Below are positions 10,782 through 21,110 of a DNA stretch of 64,000 bases, one piece after another. The number at the start of each line of letters is the position of its first letter. The first letter of the stretch is position 1. This DNA comes from Epithemia pelagica (taxonomy: Eukaryota; Protista; Bacillariophyta): the NCBI GenBank assembly GCA_946965045.2, contig OX337229.1, positions 682,001 to 746,000 on the forward strand. Direction: 5' to 3'. The position numbers were made by a program, and so were the translations under genes. The notes under the pieces were generated by a model. The model saw only the letters and a program-made list of their open reading frames with translations, was not told the DNA's origin and searched no databases.

Positions 10782-13529
10782 ATGGACGGACGACCCCGCA
10801 AACGATCGCGAAAGAGTAGTAGTAGTGATGCCACCGACCAGGAGGAACCACAAGAGGATCCAACCGACCATCCAGTGCCAGCCTCCACCAAACCGGGCAA
10901 TGATACTAATGACGAGGAGGAGGAGGAGGAAGAAGAAGAAAGCAGCAGCAGTGACGACGACGAACAAGTGGAAGCGGCCGTCTTGTCTCGATCGAAACGG
11001 GCCACGGCCGGTCGTCGATTAACATCCTTGGTGGGCAAGGCGGCCGAAGATGATTTGGCCTTTTGGGGACACGACACCTGGAATGAAGAAGGATCGGACA
11101 ATGATTCCTTTCACGATTCCGATGAAGATTCCGAACACAAGGTCGATACCTTTGACTCGGATTTTGACGATTCGGAAAACGATGAACAAGACAATGAAGA
11201 GGAACAGGCCGCCCGGCAAGATGCCGAATTGGCCAAACAAGAACGCAAGACCAAACGCAACAACAACAAGCAACAGCAGGGCTACCACTTGGCCAAGGCG
11301 GCACGTGATTTACTACGAGGAGGTGCGAGTGGAACGACGGGTCCCGGAGGCCCCAAACGTCGGTCCGGTGCCAATAACAACACTACGAGTAGTAATTTTG
11401 GAGGTGGGGCGGGACGCGTCATGGGAGATGGACTCAATGCCGGAATTGTCCTCAATCTACCGCCTCGACCACCACCACCACCACCACCACCATCGACTCA
11501 AGACAAGACGGACGACCAAGCCTCCCGTATGCAACTCTTCCCCACCCCTGGGGTCGCCCTTGTCTATCAAACTGTAGTACCATCATCCCCCCTGCCTCCT
11601 CCTCCTTCTCCCGCAACCAAAACGACCAAGGCGACAGCTGCTCCAACCGTCCCATCGTCTCCCCAACCGGTACCAACGGAACCTTTGGCCGCCACGGCTT
11701 CTCCGTCGACTTCTTCTTCTGTTCCAGCCACGCTCCCATCTTCTCCACGAGCCGCTCATCATAAAACCACAACAACGGCCGCGAAGTTGCTGCCCGCTTC
11801 GGCTGCGGCCCGACGTCCTCCTCGACGCGCCACGCAACATTCCAAATATTCCTCACGGTTTCGGGCCGCACGAAATCATTCCATGACTGGTACGACGAGT
11901 ACGCCTACGACTACGTCATCCTCCTCCACCAGTCATCATCACCATCACCATTCCAACGACCACAAATCGAAAGACTCTGGGTACACGGCCGACGCAGTGC
12001 ACAGTGCCTCGCAGCATGACACCACCGCCACCACCACGGCCAGCAGCAGTCACGTTGCCTCCCATACGACTACTACCAAGCGCAAATTGACGGCGGCCGA
12101 ACGCGCCGGAGACAAACCACACCAACGCCGCAAACCAGTGAGTCAAGAAGAATTGTTGTTGGAAGCGGTCCATACCACGGCACCCGAAAATCATCGCTGG
12201 TTGTTGGGACGGAAACGAGCTGCCGAAGAATTGGAAACCAATGAACAATACCTCAAATCCATGACCAATGGCAGAGGAGGAGGAGGAGGAGGGAAATTGG
12301 TCCAACGGGACTATAGTAAACGGGGAACCTTGAATGTTGTGTCCTTTTTGGAAATGGATCATATTCCCGACATTTTTTGTGCCTCGTCTTCTTCCGGCCG
12401 TGTCGCGCCCCGTCCCGAACCTGTCACGTGCGTCATTACTGGTCAACCAGCACGATACCGAGATCCGCAATCGAATTGGCCCTATGCCACGGCCGCCGCC
12501 TTTCACGAATTGCGACAGCGACTCCAGGATGGACGATTGGCACCACGACCGCCATCACCCACGGCAACAACAGCAACCAACCGTAACGACCCAACCACCC
12601 GGCGGCCAAATGGTGCGGCGGCTGTGCCATCGACGGATCCCCCCGCGTCCTCCTCCTCCACGACAACCACAACCACAACAACAACAAGTCGAGGAAAGCC
12701 TGTTCGAAAATCCAAACAACCACCATCCAGTAGTCGTGCTCGAGGACCGGAGGATACGGCTGCGGTCGAGGAGGAGAAACCTCGCAAACGACCACGCAAA
12801 ACAACAACAACAACCACAACAGTCCCCAACAAGGTCACGGATGCAGCAGACGCGAAACCAGCACCCACAACGAGCAATGGATCGAACGTGACAGTGGAGC
12901 AACCCGAAACGCAACAACAACAAGAACAACCTAGTAATAGCAAAAGACCACCAGACCAGATATCGTCCTTCACAGCTGCCACAACTCCCATCAAGGACTC
13001 GGCACAGACAACAACAAGACAAGCTGTCACGCCGACTCAGACCCAAGCAATAAGGGAGGATTCCGTGACAATTTCTGCCAATACCGACAAGTTACCGCCA
13101 CCCAAACCATCCGTGGCAGCTCCCACCACACTGTTGTCTCCGTCGACTCCCATTACTCCACCACCAACGACAACAACGACAACAATGACAGCCACTTTAC
13201 AAGGAGGAGGATCCACAACCTCGTTGCCAACAACCCAACCAACAATGACTACAACTTCCTCCGCTACTCGGCCACAAGTGGAATCGGACAGACCCATGGC
13301 TGGCACGAACAACAACAACAACAACAACAACAACAACTCGGTCCAACCACTGGTAGCCAACCAACTCGACTCCAATAACGGCGACACGAAGGATCGTGAG
13401 ACTTGTGTACAAACATCCCATACAAACAGTTCTCTTCAACAAAAATCGGCATCCCAATCTGTACCATCCAACCCAGCAGCAAAAAAGTGTATTGTTTTAC
13501 CGGACGCCGCACCAGGCGGCAAGAAATGA
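10782..13529 (+). CDS. VPS72: YL1/Vps72 (SWR1 complex subunit) with long low-complexity extensions
   Basis: N-terminal RSKRATAGRRL...FW acidic YL1 region and YL1_C motif CVITGQPARYRDPQSNWPYATAAAFHELR. Confidence 0.85.
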   Translation: MDGRPRKRSRKSSSSDATDQEEPQEDPTDHPVPASTKPGNDTNDEEEEEEEEESSSSDDDEQVEAAVLSRSKRATAGRRLTSLVGKAAEDDLAFWGHDTWNEEGSDNDSFHDSDEDSEHKVDTFDSDFDDSENDEQDNEEEQAARQDAELAKQERKTKRNNNKQQQGYHLAKAARDLLRGGASGTTGPGGPKRRSGANNNTTSSNFGGGAGRVMGDGLNAGIVLNLPPRPPPPPPPPSTQDKTDDQASRMQLFPTPGVALVYQTVVPSSPLPPPPSPATKTTKATAAPTVPSSPQPVPTEPLAATASPSTSSSVPATLPSSPRAAHHKTTTTAAKLLPASAAARRPPRRATQHSKYSSRFRAARNHSMTGTTSTPTTTSSSSTSHHHHHHSNDHKSKDSGYTADAVHSASQHDTTATTTASSSHVASHTTTTKRKLTAAERAGDKPHQRRKPVSQEELLLEAVHTTAPENHRWLLGRKRAAEELETNEQYLKSMTNGRGGGGGGKLVQRDYSKRGTLNVVSFLEMDHIPDIFCASSSSGRVAPRPEPVTCVITGQPARYRDPQSNWPYATAAAFHELRQRLQDGRLAPRPPSPTATTATNRNDPTTRRPNGAAAVPSTDPPASSSSTTTTTTTTTSRGKPVRKSKQPPSSSRARGPEDTAAVEEEKPRKRPRKTTTTTTTVPNKVTDAADAKPAPTTSNGSNVTVEQPETQQQQEQPSNSKRPPDQISSFTAATTPIKDSAQTTTRQAVTPTQTQAIREDSVTISANTDKLPPPKPSVAAPTTLLSPSTPITPPPTTTTTTMTATLQGGGSTTSLPTTQPTMTTTSSATRPQVESDRPMAGTNNNNNNNNNNSVQPLVANQLDSNNGDTKDRETCVQTSHTNSSLQQKSASQSVPSNPAAKKCIVLPDAAPGGKK

Positions 13530-14425
13530 CCGAGAGCGGGGTCTTTTGCAACAATGAGTAGGAAGACACTGTCAAACAAACGATGACAAGTTCCATGCCA
13601 ATCAACTCCACCGCAACTATCTACTTTGTACTCTTGAGGAAGCCTCCCAAGCGATTGCAACACCCTTGGGTTTGGAACTGTCATGGATGAACAAAAGCTA
13701 TCAAATTTTTGGGAGAGCCTAGGAGTTGATAAAGTAAAACAACGATGCTAACTCTTTGGTGACCGTAGATATGGCTATGAATATAAAAGCACGTGTTGGC
13801 CAAGGCCATGGGGTTCCGGTGTGTAGACCTGGTGGAAGGAAGGCTGAATACATGGATTCATGGCACGGGAAACGAGTTCACTGGCCAGCCGCCACGGGAA
13901 GGATCAATCGGTTGGACCAAAATGATTCCCACAAAGGCGCTCCTTTGATGGCACTTTCGCTTCATTTCTGTGATTTTCGAATAATTGGAGCCTTCCATAG
14001 ATCCATCACAGCAGGCGCATGTATGCGCATATTATGGTCGATAGAATAAAAGATCGTGGACATGAAGTATTTTTCTACTAGGGGGACGATCTGCCTTGTT
14101 AGAGGCATAGCTACCCAGATCTCGATGGGTAGCCACCAGTCCGGCATACCCAACTGTCTGTCTGTGACTGTCACAGATAACGAGTATGATAATTGATTGT
14201 TAAAACGGTTATAGGTACCAGAGGCCGGCATCCTCGTAAAGTCCCAAAGAAGTGGAGTGGTCATTTAGTTTTTTGTATTGGTGTACAGGGTAGATTGTAT
14301 ATCCGCTTTTGGGGAGCTGTAAACTTGGTTGGGTTTCCCCAATAAATTTTTTCAGTGTGTCAACGTTCATGGTCCCCCCCATTTAACAACAGATCTCATT
14401 TCACCATCTCCTTCATCACATCACC

Positions 14426-16177
14426 ATGAGGTGGACTTTGTATTTCATGTTGGTTGTTGGCATGACCCTGGTGGTCTTTTTCACCAGCATGCAACTTCGT
14501 GCTTCCATCCAACTGGCGGGCGCCATGTCCGAACAAGAGTTGCGAGTCCAAATGGAGCAACAAGAACTGTCCTATCTCGTGAGCACCATTGTTGCAACGA
14601 ATCGTTCCGATCCAGACAAGAACGACAACAACAACAACAACAGCACCCACAGGACTGTTGCTCCCATCTCCAACGCCAACGCCGAGATAGAGGAGAGCCT
14701 TGACAATAGCAGAATAGAACCCAAAGACGAGGAGGAAATTATCGACTCCAATGAATCAAACGAGGCGGTACCACAGCCAGACCTTGCAGCGTCGTCCATT
14801 TCATCATCATCATCATCGCCACCATCGTTATTATCGGATTCGGAACCTGTAGAACCAGAACTGCCCATTCCTGAAATCAAGAAGGATTTCCCGGTCATTG
14901 ACATTTTAAGTACGGGTAGTCAAAAGCTGGCACAGTTGCAAGACGCGCAACGACAAACCGTGGGATCCCATCGCGCGGTGCGATACTTTTATGGAGCCAG
15001 TGAAGCCGATGATACCGAACCAAACTGTGACAAACGTCTCAAACCCAGCCGGGCACATCGTGTCTCGTACACGTGTCGACGACGCAACTACGACCAGTAC
15101 CCCGTCTTGGCCAAATTGGCCCAACGCTTTATTCTCGGGCCCAAATTAATGAGAAAGAGCAATCCCAGTGGATGGTTGTGTGCCCAAAAACGACCCATTG
15201 ATAGCTTTATGAACATGGTGCAAAAGTACAACTACACCACCAACGCCAATGGCATCAATACGACGAGCAATCTTCCCGACTATTTGCTGGTCATGGACGA
15301 TGATTCATGGCTCAATTTGGACAATGTCCTTCAAGTTCTTCCTGTACAATATCCCAGTTCCGAACCACGCATCATTGCGGGGTGTATGATTGTCATGGAT
15401 GATATGATTGATTTTACACTTCCCCATGGTGGTTTTGGTATGCTCTTTACGAAAGCGGCTCTAGAACGTTTCCTTCAACCCATTACCTGTGAGACACTGC
15501 CAGAATCATTGTCTGACGAGAAGAAACAAAATGACACGGCATCCTCCAACACTACGCTGCAACCACCACCAATCTCTGGGAACACAACAGAACATCATCA
15601 ACAACAACAAGTTCCCACAGACTTTGAATCCATGGCCTGTTGGCGATTGCAACAAAATGGCATTGGCGAACGTCGCGTCTTTCGCAATGGCATGAGCATT
15701 GCTCAACTCATGCATGCTTACGCGACCCATCAACCCTTTAACGATGTCTTTGAATGGGATTCGGTGGGCTATTGTTTGCACAGTGACACGGCATGGGCCT
15801 ACTTTCTCAATTATTATCACATTGCCGCACGGCCTTCCCACGGAGGACACTTTTCCAGCCAAAAAATTACCGCCTCGGGTGCCGCTCATGACGAGGGATA
15901 TCTCTTGTCGGATCGGTTGGTCGGATACAATCATTCGCAAATGAAATTTTGGGGCAAAAACAAGGGCAATCCCGATTTGTGGCGACAATGTCGCAATGGC
16001 AATGATTTTGATCCCCAAATTCCCACGGGCAATGGCAATTGTGGTGTCGACGCCCATTTTTGCCATCGCATTACAGCGCCACACATGAAAAAGCTCCATG
16101 GCTGGAATCAACAACGACATGCCCACAACTATAGGACAGTCGATGCAAACTCCTCGTTCACGACGGCGACAAGGTGA
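14426..16177 (+). CDS. Type II membrane protein, Fringe/GT31-like putative glycosyltransferase, paralog 1 (intronless)
   Basis: N-terminal TM, DILSTGS, WLCAQKRP, YLLVMDDDSWLN, GGFGMLFTKAALERF, CLHSD. Confidence 0.65.
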   Translation: MRWTLYFMLVVGMTLVVFFTSMQLRASIQLAGAMSEQELRVQMEQQELSYLVSTIVATNRSDPDKNDNNNNNSTHRTVAPISNANAEIEESLDNSRIEPKDEEEIIDSNESNEAVPQPDLAASSISSSSSSPPSLLSDSEPVEPELPIPEIKKDFPVIDILSTGSQKLAQLQDAQRQTVGSHRAVRYFYGASEADDTEPNCDKRLKPSRAHRVSYTCRRRNYDQYPVLAKLAQRFILGPKLMRKSNPSGWLCAQKRPIDSFMNMVQKYNYTTNANGINTTSNLPDYLLVMDDDSWLNLDNVLQVLPVQYPSSEPRIIAGCMIVMDDMIDFTLPHGGFGMLFTKAALERFLQPITCETLPESLSDEKKQNDTASSNTTLQPPPISGNTTEHHQQQQVPTDFESMACWRLQQNGIGERRVFRNGMSIAQLMHAYATHQPFNDVFEWDSVGYCLHSDTAWAYFLNYYHIAARPSHGGHFSSQKITASGAAHDEGYLLSDRLVGYNHSQMKFWGKNKGNPDLWRQCRNGNDFDPQIPTGNGNCGVDAHFCHRITAPHMKKLHGWNQQRHAHNYRTVDANSSFTTATR

Positions 16178-16667
16178 GATTGACTTGTTGCACCATGAGA
16201 TTGATTTCCAATTTCATCCAGGACACTGTAACAACAACGGACTTGACTTCTGTTGGTTATCTTCTTCTATAAGGACACGTGACTGCCATTGTTCTTCAAA
16301 TATAGAGACCTCGAGTACATACACTACGAGGAAAAGCGTAAACTAAATAGACATTACTACCTTCCACTGTAACGGACACCAACCACTGAAAACTCAGTGC
16401 TCTACAGTCACATGGCATTTTTGTGTCAACCAACAAACAAGCTTCGATGTCGTTCAAGCCCACATTGTCGTGGCGAACCGCCGAATCAAGAGTTTTCTCT
16501 CGTGAAACTCGTTTCCTCTCAGAGCTTGTTTCCCGGAGTCTCGCACAGTTGATGCAACTCCTTTGAAACAATGTTTCTCTCGGAATGGGAATGGGCGCTT
16601 CCGTTAGTGTCGCACTGGATTGACGCAACGTGTGAAGGTTCCCTACCATGTGTCCTCGTTCCGTTCG

Positions 16668-18343
16668 TTAAAACGCATGGTTGTAGTTCCAGGGAAAGTG
16701 ATTTCGGTTCCAGTCATGAAGGCTATGCATGTGCTTGGGAGTAATGCGATGACAAATATGCGCATCCACTGTACATTGGAGGTTGCCCGATTGATTGCCC
16801 GTTTCACTCCCTGGATCATTGCTGTGCAGGCATTGACCTCGTTCACTTCCCGTGGCGTACTGACGAGCAATGGAGGTTTCATTGTATCCCACCAAGCGAT
16901 TGGGAATGGATGACCAATCGGTGGATGCCACTAGTTTTTCCTTTTTCTTGACCACGTCGGCGTCGTCGCCCGCCGTGGCCAACACCAAGGACTGGACAGG
17001 AGGTTCTCCCGGTTGCTGCGCAATATGATAATAATTGAGAAAGTATCCCCAGGCCATGTCACTGTGCATACTATCAAAAGACACGCGAGAGAAAGTGAGA
17101 ATGGTGGGCCAATAGACACTGGTTGAAATCCAAAACAAGAGAGAAGCCCTTACCAAAAGCCTGCTCGTTCCTTCCATAGTTTCACTTCTCTGTATTTTCG
17201 AATCGTGACATAGGTATGCATGAGATCCGCAATGGTCATTCCGTCGCGATAAACATCTCGTTCTCCCACACCATTTTGTGCCAGTCGCCAACAGGCAAAC
17301 GTTTCATAGTTGGCATCGCTTAACCAGGTATTGGGAATGTCATTGAGGGAAGTCGTCGTACCGTTTCCCACTTGCGAAAAGTCGCCGCAGTGCAGCGGTT
17401 GCAGCATTCGTTCCAAGGCTTTGCGATTCAAAATAATGCCAAATCCACCATAGGGAAAGGAGAAATATTCAATGAAAAAGGTTGTAAACATGAGACAACC
17501 TGCCACAACATGCGGCGTTGAGCCGTTGGACGGGTAGTGATGAGGGACAAACTGCAAGAGTTGATCCATATTCAGCCATGTATCATCATCTGCTATCACA
17601 AGGTAATCAGGAAGGCTTTTATCCTTCGTGTCTGAAAGAGAAGACAAGCGCCGTTGTTCTTGTGGTTCTTGATGCTGTTCATCTTGTTCATCCTCATAAA
17701 GTTTTGGAGGTGGTTGATGACCATAGTATTGCTTGATCATGTTGTAAAAGCCATCAAACGGTCTTTTCTGCGCGCAGATCCATGCCTCGGGATTGTGTTT
17801 CCGTTCAAGTTTGGCAACTGTGAAATAGTTTTTGGAGATTTTGGCCAAGACAGGATATTGATCCTTGTTCCGATTTCGACATCGTACGGCAATCCGAGTT
17901 AGCGTGTTATACTGTAGTTTTCTGTGACAATCAACTTCACTATCGTCCTTTTCCGTGGCAGCATAAAAGTACCGCACAGCCCGGTGAGAACCAAAGGTTT
18001 CCTGTTGCGCTTTGTGCAAATGCTGCTGTGAAAGACTCCCGACGCTCAAAATATCAAATGATGGGACAGGTGTTGATGATTTCTTGTTGTTTTCGTCGTG
18101 ACTGTTCCTGCTTATTGTAGAGGCTGTCGATTTTATAGTCTTCTTGCCCATGCTCGAACTGGTAACATACGATTTCAGCAAGGCTTGTTTCGCACTGGAT
18201 GGATCACCGCCATGTGCCGTGTTGTTGTTGGACTGGCTGCCCCCAGCATGGTAGTACAATGCACGCAAACTAGTGAAAACATGGATCATGCAACAACCAG
18301 TGACTGCCAGCCACAACGATGGAAAAGACAGCTTCCATCTCAT
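16668..18343 (-). CDS. Fringe/GT31-like paralog 2, one intron (17071-17153)
   Basis: Same motif series (DILSVGS, WICAQKRP, ADDDTWLN, YGGFGIILNRKALERM). A GT-AG intron restores CMHSD. Confidence 0.7.
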
Positions 18344-18786
18344 CGTAGTGCGTTGGTTCGTTCTCTTTTGTGTCGAGACAACTACCTATACAAAGGACAG
18401 GGGCATTCCATGAGAATCATCAGACGGCGAGAGATGATTTTTACAAATTTTCGTTTTGTGTGTCGGAAAAAGTGGCAATATCGGTCGCATAAAAGGGCCA
18501 TATTGCTCTGAGTCTTTTTCTGGTCATTATGTCTTCACTTGGGGTAACAATTGTGTAGCGCGTGTCCCAGACCTCACAACTACCCACTACGAGTACATAC
18601 AACGTTTTAAACAGGATAGTCCCTAGCGCGCTCAGTATTCGTCTTATTCGCTACTGAGTCGGAATTATCTCGTTGATTTACATACAGAAAAGTCGACTCA
18701 CGTGCGATTGTTATATGTTTTCCATATTCTTGGGAGTACCTTTCGAGGACCCATCTCCATTTGACAAAATCGGAAGCGATGCGACG

Positions 18787-20539
18787 ATGAAGTCGCATCT
18801 CCTGCGATCTGTCTGCACCGCTTTGCTTTGCGCATGCTTTCTCCATCTCCTTGTAAGCTTCAACATATTACGTAAGGCTTTCCGAGATGAGAAGAATGAT
18901 GGTGCCGTTCCTAGTCCCCAACAGTTGTTGACAAGGACGAAAAACTCCTACATTGACGCGTCCACTCCTCTGATTCAAGCATCCCGACAAGCGCATGTGA
19001 AATCCAAACTGGTTTCCACAAACGTCAGTCTTCCTGACCGCGATAAAAATCATGCTGCTGCCGTTCTGATTTCCCAACCATTAAAGGCGAAAACGAAGGT
19101 GCCCGAAATCAATGTGTCCAATCATTCCGCTCCAGTGTCATTAGAACAAGCATATGTCAAGTCCAAACTGTCTAGGTTGGACGTAGGTCTTCCTATTGTC
19201 GACATTCTCAGTATGGGAAGTATTCACCAAACCGAACTGAATATGGCGCAGCAAACAACCATGGGATCACACGAATCAGTCCGTCACTTTTACACTGCGA
19301 CGGAACTCGACGACACTGAGGATACATGCAATCAGTACGTCAACACCTCTCATTTAAAAGTGTTGTCAGATCGTTGCCGTGAAGAAGAAAGAGGGCAATA
19401 TCCAGTTTTGAACAAAATATCCAAACTTTTCTTCTCCTACGAACAATTGATGAAGAAAGCCAATCCGGTGGGTTGGCTGTGTGCTCAGAAAAGACCATTT
19501 GATGGTTTTTACAATATGATCAAGAAACTTTACCATTACCAACCGCTTTACCTCCAGCAGAGGCCCTCATCAAATGAACAAGGAGCACCCAAGGTAAACG
19601 CTCATCTGCCCGACTACCTTATCGTGGTGGATAACGATTCATGGCTGAATCTCGACCAAATATTGGGATTCTTTCCTCACCATTATCCACCCAAAAGTCG
19701 CCAAGTTGTGGCTGGTTGCCGCATTATGAGCACTCGCCATATGTTTGGATTTCTGTTTCCATATGGTGGATACGGAATCATGTTTAACCGAAAAGCCCTC
19801 GAACGAATGCTGCAACCTCTTAATTGTGGCAATTTGTCGACAACGACAACAGAATTGGATAATTTTGAAAAGGCTCCCGATTCTTGGGCCGAGGATGAAG
19901 ATGCCCATTTCGAAGAAATGGCATGTTGGAGACTTTCTCTGAATGGAATTGGCGAACGTGCCTTGTTTCGCAATGGAATGAGTGTTGCTGATCTCATGCA
20001 TGCTTACGTGGTTGACCAAGAATATCGCAACGTTAGGGAATGGAACGACAAACCTGGGTTTTGTATGCATAGGTAAGTCGGTCCATTTGCATTCTCCACC
20101 ATGCAAACTGCTTATTCAGATTGAAGGTTCGAGCCTTTTGTTCCACATGCCACTCATTCTTGATCGACTTTTCCCGGTATACAGTGATATGGGATGGGGT
20201 TACTTCATCTCTTATTATCACCTGGCGACTCGCCCCGTCTTCAAAAAGACGATGGTATACGGCAGCCGAGCACGACCAAGGTCATCGTCCAAGGCGGAGG
20301 ACTCAATACTTTTGCGATCTCTTCACAATCGAATGGTTGCCTACAATAAAACGTCCAATACAAAACTTTTCTTGGTGGGATCGGAGGCTGGACAGTGCCT
20401 CCACGGGAGCGACTACGAAAACGTCGCAGGAGATGGAAATTGCACAGTGGATGCCCATGTGTGCCATCGCATTACACCCAAACACATGCAAGTTCTTCAT
20501 GCGTCGAATCGGAAACTGTTTCCAAACCACTATGATTGA
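18787..20539 (+). CDS. Fringe/GT31-like paralog 3, one intron (20073-20184)
   Basis: Same motifs (DILSMGS, WLCAQKRP, VDNDSWLN, YGGYGIMFNRKALERM). A GT-AG intron restores CMHSD. Confidence 0.7.
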
Positions 20540-21110
20540 GGGATAGCCTTTCCTTCTTTGTGTATTAGTCCGAATCAGAGGAAGTGGTACATCCTAACTT
20601 TGGTATGATGATAGTATTCTCATACGATCCACGAATGGGGATGAAGCGATCTTCCTTCAAAATTATGGATGACACCGCGGGTTGTGTCAACTTGTCTCGC
20701 TCAATAGGAAAGAGGAAAGGAAGAAATATCAAGAGACCAATGGCGCAAAGAAAGAATTGACAACGGATTTTGACTCAGCTGTCAAGAAGAAGCAGTAACT
20801 GTGGCGCGTTTTCATTCGGGTTACAGACAATTCCATATCCCGATGATGGCGAGATATCCGCACCCTCCGGCACTTGAACGTCGTCGATGGGAGTATGATC
20901 ACTCTAATGAACCTTCCTTCGTCTACGGCTCTCTTTTTCTAGATGCTTCTACGGGTGGATCTAATGCCCACGTAGTCCCGTTCAGACTGAACTCAGACGA
21001 ACAGGCGAAAGGGATCAGGTTACTTATGACTCATGACAGCACACAAGACTGAGTAGGGTACCTAGATATAATCTAACGATCATGTCAGAAAAGAGAATGG
21101 GTCTTAGTTC

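Noticed and set aside
10782-13529. Poly-T/N/Q/P/S triplet runs in coding regions
   Set aside because: Similar runs occur in several other genes in this window, so they are ordinary low-complexity linkers.
13756-14264. Small ORFs between VPS72 and GT paralog 1
   Set aside because: They lack ATG starts and recognisable motifs; a decayed gene cannot be supported.
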